Of a stretch of DNA of 64,000 nt, positions 15,658-30,192 are shown piece after piece. The stretch is from Octopus vulgaris (Eukaryota), in contig OX597819.1 in NCBI GenBank assembly GCA_951406725.2, positions 102,486,001 to 102,550,000 on the forward strand, given 5' to 3'. Below the pieces are notes generated by a model. That model saw nothing but the letters and a program-made list of their open reading frames with translations. It was not told the origin of the DNA and searched no databases. Made by a program: the position numbers and the translations under genes. Numbering within the stretch: the first letter of the stretch is position 1; each line of letters starts with the position of its first letter.

Positions 15658-15770
15658 TTATATAGACAACGCGCGTTTCATGACAATATATGTATCGGTA
15701 TTGCTGAAATAGAAATTCAATACCATATCAATCCGACTATACTGCCAATCTTCAGGTCTGGATTATATAA
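15658..15770 (-). ncRNA. Minimal type-I hammerhead ribozyme with intact core and extended stem II
   Basis: Minus strand reads AGAC-CTGAAGA-T-TGGCAGTATA...(ggtattg/caatacc)...TATATTGTCA-T-GAAA-CGCGCG-TT-GTCT. Stem I (AGAC/GTCT) is extended by TTATAT/ATATAA; stem II has 10 bp including two G-U pairs. Confidence 0.75.
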
Positions 15771-15838
15771 AACTAATTTACTATTTACATCCTATATAAA
15801 GACATGACAATCAAAATTACACAACTAGAAATCGTCGA

Positions 15839-15929
<91 letters not shown>

Positions 15930-16479
15930 GTGATATATATATATACACTATACACTATATATTATATATACTTGTATGTGTGTGTGTGTGTGTGTTTGTG
16001 TTCGTGCGCGCACTATTGGTTTCCACAGTTTTTTTCTACTAAATTCACTCGCAAAACATCGGTTAGCCCAGAATATAGTACAAGACACTTACCCAGTGTG
16101 CCGCGCACTGAGACTGAAACCGAAACCACGTTGTTTTACAGCGAGCTTCTTAACCGCAGAGCCATGCCTGCTCCTATATAAGGAAGTTATTCAAGTAGAA
16201 ATCTATAATGGATATAATATGATATATCACCACACAAATAAATAGTAAAGAACATTGTGGAACTAATACAAATAACTACGAATTCAAATAAAAAATGAAA
16301 ATTGCTTTATCTCTTCAAGAAAACTAGCAAATACATAGAAACTGAAGTAACAGAAATTTTATGAATTAAAAACAAACGCCAGAAGCTTAGCTAGCAATGT
16401 GCTACAGAATGTCATGATAAAACGATGTGAAGAAAACCCTTACATGTCAAGTACGTTAAAGATCTAAGAAAAGATGGAG

Positions 16480-16850
16480 TTATACAGGAGAAAAATCGCA
16501 AGATTAAGAACAGCACTACAGAAATTATTAAACGTTGTTCATGAAGCGATTGCTGTTGTGGGAAGATACATTGTATGTGATGATACATTCTTAGACAATT
16601 GAGAGTAAATATACGGTCGTAACATATTTGGGCCTTTCATGCTGTGGAATTTATGCCTGCATTATGAAATACCAACAGAAACAGGGTGGTATAATATACA
16701 ATAAGAATAATTTCAAAGAACGGCAAAGCGCCCGAATTTAGGGATATGCTAATCCAAAACTGATAGAAAAGGCAGTGGAAAAGTCGACCGGATTTGGTTG
16801 TCAAGGACTACTAGAAAAAAGCACTTCTTGATGACCTCCCATGCGAACGC
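16480..16850 (+). mobile_element. Highly decayed R4/Dong RLE fragment
   Basis: gggatatgctaatccaaaactgatagaaa...cgaccggatttggttgtc resembles WDMLIQTDR...RPDLVV. Confidence 0.55.
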
Positions 16851-16958
16851 AGGAGCATATGATTTTGATATCTCAGCAAATCCTCACGAGAAGTACTTAA
16901 CAGGCCACAATAAAGGTTGTGGATGGGTATGTTACCACAAAGTAGAAAAGGTTGATAA

Positions 16959-18600
16959 CACTGGTCAACAAAATTCGAAATTTTTGCTGTCCCGTCAACT
17001 AAAGGAAGTGAATTTTATAGTACTTTTAACGTAGATTTTGAATCTGGTTTTAGAATTTATGTGACAAAATAATCAAATTATTCAATAAATGTACTATATT
17101 AATGTAGAAATAAGGCTAACAATCATAATTGGTCAACAGAATTAATGGAAAATTCTGTCCCACCAACAAAAGTAGGTGAACTTGAGAGCAATTTATCGGC
17201 AGAATTCAAAGGTGTTTTCAGACTTTTTCTATACGTCATAATTTTCCTGTGATAGTATATGTAAATTGTTAAACTATTGTATTTCATGAATTCAGAAATC
17301 AGGCTGATATTACAAGGAAACTTACCTTTGAAACATAGAGGTGTATGATTTTCGACTGTATCTAGCTTCTGGAACGTCCCATTTTAGTGACCAACGATAA
17401 TCAGCCAGCATAGAAGAGCTCCACTTTCCTTGGTACCGAGTTTCCATGTTTAGAATGTCCTGATGAAATATCTCGCCGTGCTCGTCACTGACAGTCCCAA
17501 GATTTGCATGGAAAAGTCCAAGTGAGAGTTCAAGAAGTGGATTTTTAAGCTCATATTGAATCTCATGGCCTTGTATGATGCCAATAGCTATTTCACAATG
17601 TTAGAATAGTTCTTTGCTCTGTGATTCGCCCAAGACTCTCTGAAAACTTTCTTAAATGACTGCCACACAGTCTTTTCAACATAGTTGAGCTCTTCATCAA
17701 ACTTTTTGTCTTATAATCTCCCTAATTTGTTGCCAAACAAAAATACCTTGATTTTTGCGTCACTTACTCTTGGGAATTTAATTTTCAAATAGGTGAATCC
17801 CCTGCCAGTTCTATCCATACCTTTGACGAAATTCCTCATCAGCCCTAGCTTAATATGTAAAGGAGGCAGATAAATCTTCTGAGAATGAACAAGTGAGGGA
17901 TTAATGACATTTTTCTGTCCAGCTGTCAGAGATCGTTTCGGCCACATATTCTTTTCATAAAGACTTTTCTTATCCCGACTGCTCCACTCACAGAGAAAGC
18001 AACAAAATTCAGTGTAACCCAGCTGCATTCCAAGTAAAAGAGCCACAACCTTTAAGTCATCACAAATATTCCACTTACGTTCGTCATACTTAATTTTTTT
18101 TTTTTTTTTGCAACAGAAGCTTCATACTCTCATATGTTTCCTTCGTGTTTGCTGTATGGGTCAGAGGAAAAGAAGGAAACCTATTTCCATTGTGGAGTGA
18201 AACTGCTTTCAAGCTTACATTTCAAGAGTCAATGACCAAACAATATTCATTCGTGCTATATTTATGGTTAAGTTCCTCCACCCCTACAAAACACGACACC
18301 ATCCTTAAGTGAGAAAAAATTGCAAAATCACAATGTCGAGCACGATAAAACCTAACTTTGATCTTTTTCTGGAGAAGATTCCACCCTTTTAACTTGGAAC
18401 CAAGACGTTTAGCTTGCTTTTCGACAAGTTTCAGTCTCGATCATTCAGATCTAACTGACTCAACAAATGTGGTTTACTTGAAGAACAGCTAGGCTCAAAG
18501 TCCATGTCTTCTGTTTCTTTCTACATATCTTCATCACTTGATTCATCGTCACTAAGCGTCAGTTGTTTCGGAGGGTCAGGCACAGGTATTTGTTGACTGA
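16959..18600 (-). mobile_element. Chapaev3-like (CMC) DNA transposon remnant: transposase pseudogene plus 3' terminus
   Basis: DLKVVALLLGMQLGYTEFCCFLCEW, LPPLHIKLGLMRNFVKGM, KIHFLNSH, VSDEHGE..HQDI..METRYQGKW...MLADY.WSL motifs. Terminus CACTGGTCAACAAAA at 16959 is preceded by TAA (TWA-type target). Frameshifted; 5' part missing. Confidence 0.75.
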
Positions 18601-18905
18601 GAAGTTAATACATAAATCAGGTTCTTCGATATATGTAAAGAGTCATACTTTATCACAAAATATAAACCCCCTTTGAATGCGTCCACCACAAATGACACTA
18701 TTATAAGGGCCTTAGAATAATACTAAAAGGAGTTATTGAAAACGATATATTCAGAACAGTCACTAGCTATGAATTTATTCAGAACAATTCCAATCACCAC
18801 TATTACAACCACAACGGGTCACTTTTAAGTCACTTGAACATTTTAGAGGTTTCCACCAACATCCTACTACTGTCATACCACTCACGCATTCTTCTTCTTC
18901 TTCTT

Positions 18906-19015
<110 letters not shown>

Positions 19016-19053
19016 CATTATTATTATTATTATCATTATTATTATTATTATTA

Positions 19054-19131
<78 letters not shown>

Positions 19132-19544
19132 GTCTTCTTTGCCGCCGTCTCCTTTCTCAACTACTACTGCTAAATAAACAATCAAAAACAAGAATTGATA
19201 CCAAATAGGGCTACTACTACCTGCTGCCCACTACCTAAAACTCACATGCGTAAAAAGGAAGAGACAGAGACAGAGAGAGAAAAAAGGAAAATGTCCCTTG
19301 CATTTGAAAACTATTGAAATATTTAAAAAAACACATTTAATTTAATTTTACCACAATTGTTTTTTCACGCTTTACTCTAATTTGAAAAAGTCGCAAAAAC
19401 CGGTACTAAAATGTTCTTCATGATAAAATTATTTTAGCATTTTCTACCTTGTCCTATTTCCTTTATACACATCAATTCGTGTGTTCCATTTCAACCTTCT
19501 ACACACACACGCACACACATATATATATATATTTATATATATAC

Positions 19545-19609
<65 letters not shown>

Positions 19610-19752
19610 TGGCATATTGTGTTAATAATGTAGTAGAGTACAATATAAAGTTCGTTCAACTTCAGATTTTCACCTTGTGCTATCCAGTTGTAGCATAGTA
19701 GTATTATACATACTTCCAGATTTGCGTTTAGACATCTGTCGTGAGTGAACAG

Positions 19753-19897
19753 ATAATTGAAAAAGTTTGGAGTCAACAGGAAGGAGTACAGTTGGACGTT
19801 TTATTTTAAATTGCTACAATTGTACAAGCAATTGTAGTGGTTGAAAATGAATGTCCAACAGTACTACTTCTTCTGGACTCGAAACGTTTGCAATTAT
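19753..19897. repeat. Imperfect palindrome, ~70-bp arms with a 6-nt loop
   Basis: 19753-19822 aligns to the reverse complement of 19829-19897 with 14 substitutions and 1 indel; loop TACAAG. Confidence 0.85.
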
Positions 19898-19961
19898 ATA
19901 CATATATATATACGCACTTGTACATACACACATATATAAATGTGCCTGTGTGTGCGTACAC

Positions 19962-19964
<3 letters not shown>

Positions 19965-20021
<57 letters not shown>

Positions 20022-20286
20022 GTATGTATGTATGCATGTATGTATGCATGTATGTATGTATGTATGTATGTATGTATCATGTATGCATTATGTATGTATC
20101 ATGTATGTATGCATGTATGTATTATGTATGTATGCGTGCATGTATATATGTATGTACGTATTATGTATGTATGCATGTATGTATTATGTATGTATGCATG
20201 TATGTATGTATTATGTATGTATGTATTATGTATGTATGCATGTATGTATGTATGTATGTATGTATGTATGTATGTATGTATGTATG

Positions 20287-20315
<29 letters not shown>
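19965..20315. repeat. (TATG)n compound microsatellite
   Basis: Direct reading; similar tracts at 4240, 8865, 32384, 33300 and 34813. Confidence 0.95.
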
Positions 20316-20318
<3 letters not shown>

Positions 20319-21611
20319 GGATTAGAAGAAAAGAATGCGAAATGAGCGCGACGCAAAAATAAATGTAAAGTAACGTCAGGAAGAAGAAAATAAAAACAGT
20401 TTCTTTTGCTACACAAAATAGGGAAAATAAAATTGTATAGAAACTGAATGAACTAAAGAGAAAAGTGGAAATACTGAATGACAATAAATAGAATAACACC
20501 AAAACAAAAATATGGGAAAAAAAAAACAAAATGAATGAAATGAAATATTATAGACAGACAAATAGCACGAAAGAAAATCTAAATAAAAAAAAATTAGTAA
20601 AAGTAAAAACAACCCTTTCAGAGCGTCGCCTTTCTCTTCGTCCACGTGTCCTTTAATTCCACCAGTAGTGAGTGTATTTCAATTTAAAAATGATTTTCTT
20701 TGTTTTTCGTATTTCTGTGTGTGTTCAGAAGAAAACTGCTGGAGGTACGAGCTCATGATGTCTAGGTGCAGGCGTGTTGTCTATCTATGTGCGTGTGTGT
20801 GTGTGTCTGTATGTGTGTGTGTGTGTGTGTGATGCATATGTGCATGTGATGTTGGTAAAATTTCACTCGTTTAAATTCAGGGCTGTTTGGGTCATTCAAC
20901 GAACCATACGTACACAAACGCACACACACGCACGCGTACACAGACATACGCACACACTCACACACACACACACGCACAAGCATGCACATATGTATATACA
21001 CCTACACATATCTAGTCTTAAGTTAGAACTGGTAGAATCCAGAGTAGTTATTTCAGTTGTATTTTGGAACACCATAGCTCATTCCAGTAGGTGTTGTCTG
21101 GAAATTAATACGACTGTCGCTCAATTGTGTGATATTTTGTTTTTTATTCATAAAAACATGTGATGATGTATACCCTCTGGTTACAGCAGTCTGAAGCACT
21201 CAATATAAGTAGTTATAAGATTTCATATGTGTTTAGACATACAAATAAAAAGAGATATGTGCATGGACTTGAACATGGTTTCTATATTTAATTTTATTTT
21301 TTAATTTCTGTCCTTCGAAGCAACATGTCCGCAATGACTTATGTTTCAGATTTGATGCTGTATTTGTTATAAATAGCAGGTATCGATATGACTGCGTTTA
21401 TATTTCCCTCTTTTCTTGTTTAGGTATTTAACACTGTTGACAATGCGTTATCGAATGGTTCTGTACAAGTGTCGAAAACATAATGATATCCACCTGGCAA
21501 CTGATGATCAATGTATGTTTGATGTGTTTCCTGACTGTGAAACTTTTGTATCTTGTGTCCTCGTTATTGCAGATTATCCTTCACTCAGGTTCTACTGGTA
21601 TTGCATCAGGG

Positions 21612-21669
<58 letters not shown>

Positions 21670-21671
21670 TC

Positions 21672-21857
<186 letters not shown>

Positions 21858-22163
21858 GGATGTTGAAAGAACCACTCATGTTTCCAGAGGTGAACTATTC
21901 AAACCCCAAAGAATCCTCTCAACACATGGCTATGATGCTCCCACTACTTCTGCTCGTGATCAGAGATGCACATATCGTCAGCCACTAAGGGACATGCTCA
22001 ACTGGTTAAGGTCAAACAACTGACAAGCAAATCTGTGGTATTGAGCAGAATATTTGCTGTAGCCCATCTTTATACCAAGACAAAACAATGTACATGATAA
22101 CACTTCCAATCAGATAAGATCAGAAGCCATGAGAGCCACTGCCTGGTACTGCATCAGGGCATT
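21858..22163 (+). mobile_element. Truncated copy of the (ATT)n-tailed non-coding repeat
   Basis: Homologous to 10471-10720; ends in tactgcatcagggcatt followed by (TTA)n; flanked on both sides by (ATT)n. Confidence 0.75.
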
Positions 22164-22184
22164 TTATTATTATTATTGTTGTTA

Positions 22185-22255
<71 letters not shown>

Positions 22256-22449
22256 CATTTGGTAGTTTCAGGCAAATTTCTTCTGCATCACTTGCTGCAC
22301 CACTGTTGCTGGGGTGGGGTGCAGTCTTTTGTTGTAATACTGTTTGTATTGTGTGTTGAGTGTGTAAAACGTTGGTTATGCCGGTTTGCTGGTGGCTGTT
22401 TATTTCATTGGATAGCTGCTTATTATTATTATTATTACTATTATTATTA

Positions 22450-23680
22450 GCTTATCTTGCTAGGTATGATGAAAAGCGTCAGCTGTCTTCAGCTAGTAGA
22501 CTAATGGTGACACTTGTTTACTGGTCATGCTTCAAGAACCTTGTGAAGAATTCTTGCAGTTCCAAGCAATGCTGATTTTTGTAGGTGTTCTACCTTCACA
22601 CTTGTACCGATCTTTTTCAGCCATGCCGGTAGTTGAGTGCTGATACTTCCAAGTGCGCCAATTACTACTGGTATCACGTCTACTCAACTATTTGATCACA
22701 ATCTTTGTATTTCCCAATTCAAATCGTCATCGTTGTTTATTTTTACTTCTTTCACATTGATCCTGTTGTCACTGGGGCATGCTATTTTTTATTCACCAGA
22801 ACATTGTCCGGTTTACGATGTCTGGTTAGGTGATCGCACTGGATCATTGCATCCCAAAATATTTTGATATTCACATTCTCGGTGTCTCCTTCTGGAATTT
22901 GCTCATATCACTTTTTTCTCTTTGTAGGCCATGATTTCCATAGAGCTTCCAATGGATCATTCTTGCCACATTGTCATGATGTCTTTTGTATTTGCGTTGT
23001 GTCAATTTCGAGCATTCGCTAACGATGTGTCATACTGTTTCATCCCTATCATCACACATTCTGCATTTGTCGCAATCGGTAGTGTTGTCTATTCTGCAAT
23101 TCATATAGTTAGTCCTTAACGCTTCTTCCTCAGCTGCGTATATGAGTGCTTCTGTCTCTCTCTTCAGGTAAACGGCTCTCTGTATTTGTCTTAGCGTTTA
23201 CATCTCTTGAAAACTAACCGTACATTTTCTTTTTTATCCTTGATTTTTCTGGGGTTTTTCTTTTGTTTATTTCTTGTTTAAATTTTTGTTTAGTTACACA
23301 ATTTTCAGTATTGATGATGCCGGCCTTCTTCGTCTGTTCCAACAGAGGCTCCTCGGCATTTTTTTATATACCACACTAAGCTGTTTTCCTCTGCTTCGAT
23401 ACAGTCCTGACAATTGATCAAGCCTCTCCCACCCTTTCTTCTGGACAAGTACAGACTATCGCTGTCACTCTTAGTGTGGAAGTCTCCATGTACTGCCAAC
23501 ATTTTTCTCGTTTTGGTATCCATTTTCTTCACTTCTCTCTTTTGCCATTTTATAATTCCCGCTCCGTACCGAAGTGATGCTATCGCCCATGTATCAACTC
23601 CTTGGATTTTATTCCATCAACTCAATTTTGAGCGCAAATACTCTATTCTTAGCTGCTCTTTCATTTCTATTATTCTTATT
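22450..23680 (-). mobile_element. R4/Dong-type 3' fragment (thumb, CCHC, RLE, 3'UTR)
   Basis: DTKTRKML..HGDFHTKSD.D.LYLSRRKGGRGL, CRMCD, ILGCN, PVVIGALG and SALLGTARILHKVLEA* motifs; 3' end abuts (TAA)n on the element strand. Confidence 0.85.
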
Positions 23681-23731
23681 ATTATCATTATTATTATTGT
23701 TGTTGTTATTATTGTTGTTGTTGTTGTTGTT

Positions 23732-23768
<37 letters not shown>

Positions 23769-23794
23769 TTATCATTATCATTATTATTACTATT

Positions 23795-24133
23795 TTACTT
23801 CTCGGAGCTTTCAGTCTTACTATGTTCGGTTGTGAGAGCGGAGGGCAACGTGTTACCAGAGGTCACACAGGGATTCTTGTCGCAAATTATAAGCTTTAGT
23901 ATTTGGATATTAATTATCGTAGAAAACACTCAACACCCAAGTACCAAACTCGAAATATTAGATATCTCAAATAGTGCAATTTTTTTTGGCCCGTTCTGCC
24001 CTCATGTCAATTACAATCTCTCCCACATATTTCTCGAACCTGGTTCTTAGTGCTCTAAGTGTCCCTACAACTACTGGTGTAACAGTTACTCTCCTCATTG
24101 CCCACATTATTGCAATTTCATCTTTTAGTAGTC

Positions 24134-24134
<1 letters not shown>
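23795..24134 (-). mobile_element. Short R4/Dong-type 3' end
   Basis: LKDEIAIMWAMRRVTVTPVVVGTL (RLE C-terminus); both ends lie in TAA/CAA microsatellite. Confidence 0.75.
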
Positions 24135-24185
<51 letters not shown>

Positions 24186-24299
24186 GTTGTTGTTGTTGTT
24201 GTTGTTGTTAATAATAATTTTATCATCATCGTTATTATCATTATTATTATTGTAGTTGCTGCTATTCACTTAACTGATTTATCTATGTCTCTGTCACGT

Positions 24300-25390
24300 C
24301 CCAGCTTAGAGACATAACACTTTCCTCAACACATGAGCTATTTCAAGTATTGCTGCTATCAGAGTACTTCCTAAGGAGTTTGATATTTGCAGCTGGTTTC
24401 AAATGTACAAATCACAATAGGTGTACATTCACATTTGTCTTAAAATTGGTGTCTATTCTATTCCGTTTGGTCTAGTTGTAAGAATCCACTAGCAATATGT
24501 CTGTCTCAGATTCTTTTCCACACACTCTTTCCTTTCCGTAATAAAATCATCAATACTCTTCGTCGGCTCTCGATTACTATTTATCACCATCTCAGTGCAG
24601 CCTGCAACATTCTTTCATCACACTTCCTCAGATAGGCATGCAAGGACTTCATCTCCCTCACAACACAACCTTAAATTTCAACTAATCCTGCCTTCCTAGA
24701 TAAGTATTGCCTTGTTACGTTACTTCTTGCTTGAAGGCATCCATGCATAACCATTATTTTCCACGTCTTTTCCTCCAAGTTGACAAGCTCTTCCTTTGTC
24801 CATTCCACAACACTTGTATAGTAAAGTATCATAGCTACAGACCACACGTTGATGCCTCTCATCAGGTTACCGTCATTTAGTTTAGACCAACATCACATTT
24901 TAACTCTTCTGGTATATTCAGAAGAAATTTTCTCCTACGTCTTGGTGTTCATCATTTGGCCTGGTCGTAAAGCGCCCCAAATTTTTTTAACGCTCTCAGT
25001 TCACTTCTCTTAACCACTCATCATGCGAAAGGTGTACTGCTGTCTACTTTGCGTCCCCTTTGTTGTTTAAAAACTGCTCATTTCTCTATACCAAATGTCA
25101 TCCAAAAATCTTGAGAGAAAATTTGTACAGACTGAATAAGGGAAATCAATTCACAACTGCTAGCTCCGTAAAGCTTTAAATTATCTCTAAACATCAGATT
25201 TCCGTAGTTTATAACCAGTTCCCGTTTTTCTCATAACCATGGGGTGCAGTAATATACAAACAATAAGCAGTAAAGCTGACAACAGTCTCCTTGAGAAATT
25301 CCACTTTTGATGTCAACTTAGCCAACTTCTCTTCCACCAGAAATCAAAACTGTCTTCCAGTTTCTCATAATATTTTCGAACAAATGAATC
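24300..25390 (-). mobile_element. Decayed R4/Dong-type RT fragment
   Basis: RGINVWSVAMILYY...WTKEEL...KIMVMHG.L..RSNV.R.YLSRK and LMFRDNLKLYG/FGIEK remnants. Confidence 0.7.
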
Positions 25391-25691
25391 ACTATTATCA
25401 TTGCGGTTGTTATTGTTTTTGGCAGTGTAATCTAGGATTTTTGTGTGGGATTTACCCCGAATTACCCGAAGTAGATTGTCCTGCTATTGGGGATTTTATT
25501 TATATATTATTTATTTCTCTATTTTATATATCCTATGTTATATCCTTTGATACCATAGTATCTCCCCTTGATCGATGTTAAGCCCGCATTGTTTTTTAAT
25601 TTTTGTTTTGTATTTTTGTGTGGGTGTATGCTATAATTCATCCTTCGATATTGTCCTCCATGTCTTGGGCCCTTGTGGCCAGTGGAAGAAA

Positions 25692-25737
<46 letters not shown>

Positions 25738-26560
25738 GTTTATTATTTTTATTATTATCATTATTATTATCATTATAATTATTATCATTATTATGTTTAT
25801 TATTATTATTGTTGTTATTATCATTATTATTATTATTATTATTATTATGAATATTATTATTATTGTTGTTGTTGTTGTTGTTGTTATTGATATTTTTATT
25901 ATTATTAACATCAACACACAAATATAGACATAGGCAAAAATTAAATGCGTTTTTATATATAATATGTATAAATACACAAACACATACACACGCATGCGCG
26001 CGCACACACACACACACTCACACACGCAAACACAAGAACACAAACATGCATCACATGCGCGCATAAAATCCCCAACAAACACCAATAATAACTCGTAAGT
26101 GATGTTGAGAAAGTGAGATAATCTAGTGAAAATAGATATCCACACTGACATATACACACACATGCACAACGCGCGTGTTCACACACACACACGCACACAC
26201 ACACATACACACACACACATATATATATATGTTCACATTCATATGCATTCACAATTATTTGTTCTCACACACAAGCATATTCTCAACAAACATACACGTA
26301 CACCCACAAACACACACAAATACGCAACACGCACACACACATGCACTCAAAAGCACGTATACAGACACACACACGGACCCAAATTACCGCCACTTATGGA
26401 AGAAATAATGTTTTTCTTTTTGTTATTTAGAGGATTAATTTAAGGAAAATTTTCGTTTAAATCTCGCTTTAAGCTGCTCTGAGGACAGCTCTTTCTAAGA
26501 AAGAAGTAAAGTTTCTTTCAGATGATTAGTGCTCTAGTCTGTTCTTTTCATGTATGTGTT

Positions 26561-26622
<62 letters not shown>

Positions 26623-26708
26623 CGTGTGTATATACGCACACAACTGCATACACACCCATGAGTGTATATATATATATATATATATATATATGTCTATCTA
26701 TCCACCCG

Positions 26709-26959
<251 letters not shown>

Positions 26960-27146
26960 GGTAGACTCAAACACAGTAGTGTTTCCAAAAAGCAATCTGT
27001 ATGTGTAACTTAACGAAGACATTTTGTTTGAACACCTAATACGACGTTATTTGTCTTCGGTAACCTCTCATACGGATACATGGTGCCCAAAAGCAATCAA
27101 AAATATATCGCTGGCAGACGAGTTCGTTTGCTACGGGCGTCAGAGC

Positions 27147-27190
27147 TGCCAGATCACGGAATTTCGATCTGCCCGGTATCCTCAGTGACA
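27147..27190 (-). ncRNA. Hammerhead-like motif with weak stem II
   Basis: Minus strand reads TGTCA-CTGAGGA-TACCGGGCAGATC-GAAA-TTCCGTGA-TC-TGGCA. Stem I has 5 bp with an AUC site; stem II pairs poorly. Confidence 0.45.
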
Positions 27191-27711
27191 CACGTTTGGT
27201 ATCGTCATAACAGCCGAAACTGTGTCAATGACATAAAAAATATCAGGCTTCTAATCTGTCCATAACACAGAGTTGCATTACGTGCAATAGTTTTTTCGTT
27301 AAATACCACATTCAAGGAAGCTTCCACATACCATGAATGGCAATGGTAAAATAGTTAAAAGTTACAAAGCTTGATGATTCGCCAATATTTTCTGGTGCAT
27401 TTGTTTGACTTTATTATACCAAATTAAGTTACACGAAGCCAGTACCTACTAGTTGGTCTAGAATTCATTCACGCGGGTATCCTAACGGATTAGATTGTTA
27501 TTCTTGATTCGAGTCGATAATTATTGTACCGTGTACCTCTTCTAACACGTAATAGGTGAGTGTGTGCGTTTTTGTGCCTATATGTGTGTATGTGTGTAAT
27601 GTATACATATATATATATACCTTATATTCTTATCTATCTATCTATTTACCTGTGTGTATATATATCTATCTATTTACAATCTATCTGTCTATGTATATAT
27701 ATCTGTCTATC

Positions 27712-27751
<40 letters not shown>

Positions 27752-27853
27752 TAGATAGATAGATAGATATGTATGTGTGTGTGTGTGTGTGTGTATTCAT
27801 TGTTCATTGCTAAAAGGCATTCATTTTCGGCATTGATTATATATATAAATCTA

Positions 27854-27939
<86 letters not shown>

Positions 27940-27940
27940 C

Positions 27941-27998
<58 letters not shown>

Positions 27999-28001
27999 AA
28001 T

Positions 28002-28398
28002 AGGCTGTGTGGTAAGTAGCTTGCTTACCAACCACATGGTTCCGGGTTCAGTCCCACTGCGTGGCACCTTGGGCAAGTGTCTTCTACTATAGCCTCGGGC
28101 CGACCAAAGCCTTGTGAGTGGATTTGGTAGACGGAAACTGAAAGAAGCCCATCGTAAATATGTATATATATGTATGTGTGTATATATGTTTGTGTGTCTG
28201 TGTTTGTCCCCCCAGCATCGTTTGACAACCGATGCTGATGTGTTTACGTCCCCGTAACTTAGCGGTTCGGCAAAACAGACCGTTAGAATAAGTACTAGGC
28301 TTACAAAGAATAAGTCCTGGGGCCGATCTGCTCGACTAAAGGCGGTGCTCCAGCATGGCCGCAGTCAAATGACCGAAACAAGTAAAAGAGTAAAAGAG
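28002..28398 (+). mobile_element. Near full-length tRNA-derived SINE, family A (CORE-like central domain)
   Basis: A-box-like ggctgtgtggtaag, B-box-like ggttcagtccc, CORE-like accttgggcaagtg, internal TG/TA microsatellite, tail (gtaaaaga)n. Partial copies at ~12060, 16015, 32060, 40114, 51420 and 52690. Confidence 0.85.
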
Positions 28399-28439
28399 TA
28401 TATATATATATGTATATATATAGATATATAATTTATATA

Positions 28440-28550
<111 letters not shown>

Positions 28551-29276
28551 TATATATGTATGTAAGGATGGATGTGCGAATGTATGTGTATATATAAACA
28601 CATACGCACACATAATCTTGCTGCCTAAAATACCTTCTCCTTCCATCTCGTCTTCCCTGACATCCACGAACGCATGCAAGACATTCAATCATAGACGTTA
28701 AAGGTAAACATCAACTCTAATGACCTCATCATTCTCGGAATGTTTGGAAACGATTAGGACACAGCACATCTTCAGTTAATAGTTAGGCTTTGTTTAATTC
28801 CTTGAAGGAAGGTTATCACCTCTGACCTTTTTGGAATTATATAGTAACATGTTCACAGGAGCACACACGAATATTTACATTGCAGCCCGTGTATACAACC
28901 ATCTGGGTATATATGCATGTATGCACTTGTCTGCACACGTTTCTACATGCACTTCAATGTATATATTCATTCATCAAAAAGATAGATTCTGTAATTAGTT
29001 TGTAGAATCTATGTTTTGGTTTTATTTGAAAGGAAATAAAGCATTCATAATACGAGTTACTCAAACTACAATCGAAGGAAATATTACTGTGTTAAAAATG
29101 AAAGCTTACATTATATTATGTAGTTTTAGGTGTTCTATATTGGAATAATCACAGCTTGACATCTTTTGATCAGAATTCATGTGTGGCAAAATTTCGTAAC
29201 TACTAACACCAATAACGCCACTACGAATCAACTTTTAATTTCCTACTATTATCTAAATGTCTTATTCTTGGCAACG

Positions 29277-29308
<32 letters not shown>

Positions 29309-29320
29309 TTTCTTCTTCTT

Positions 29321-29428
<108 letters not shown>

Positions 29429-29633
29429 TTTGTTTTGTTATTATTTAGTCGCCGAGCTTGTAAAATCATGCTTCACAAAATGCATAAAGGCATTTCTTCA
29501 GGATTTATACAAACAAATACATACGTACGTACATACATACATACATATATACATATATTTATATATGTATATATGTATGTATATATGTGCATGTATGCAT
29601 GTATGCATGTATATATATATATATATATACGAC

Positions 29634-29664
<31 letters not shown>

Positions 29665-30065
29665 GTTTCAAATCTTGCCACAAGGACAGCACTTTTGAGG
29701 GAGGGGATGAGTCCATTACATCGACTTCAGAGTTCAACTAGTACTTATTTTATCGACCTCGAAAGGATGAACGGCAAAGTCGACTCCGGCGAAACTGGAC
29801 CTTAGAACGTAGCATGGAAGAAATACCACTAAACATTTCGCCTGGCGTGCTAACGCTTCTGCCAGCTCGAATTTTGACGCATGAGCAGCAAATTTGGAGG
29901 ACGGAATGGATCGATAACATCAAACCTAGCGTTTCACTCGTACTTAATTTATCGCCCCAGAAAAGGATAAAAGGCAAAGTCGACCTCAGCGGAATTTGAA
30001 CTGAGAACGTAGTGACGGGCGAAATACTGCTTAGCATTTCGTCCAGCGTGCAAACGTTTCAGCCA
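29665..30065 (-). mobile_element. Two tandem family-B SINE copies
   Basis: Two reverse-complement matches to aaaggcaaagtcgac..cggcg.aat and to the SINE head. Confidence 0.8.
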
Positions 30066-30069
30066 GTTC

Positions 30070-30192
<123 letters not shown>

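Noticed and set aside
20613-20752. Possible micro-exons (tttcag...gtgagt; ttcag...gag/gtacga)
   Set aside because: Splice-like words alone are expected by chance; no recognisable peptide or partner exons.
21496-21556. CTGATGA...GAAACTTTTGTA
   Set aside because: Stems I and II cannot be formed in register.
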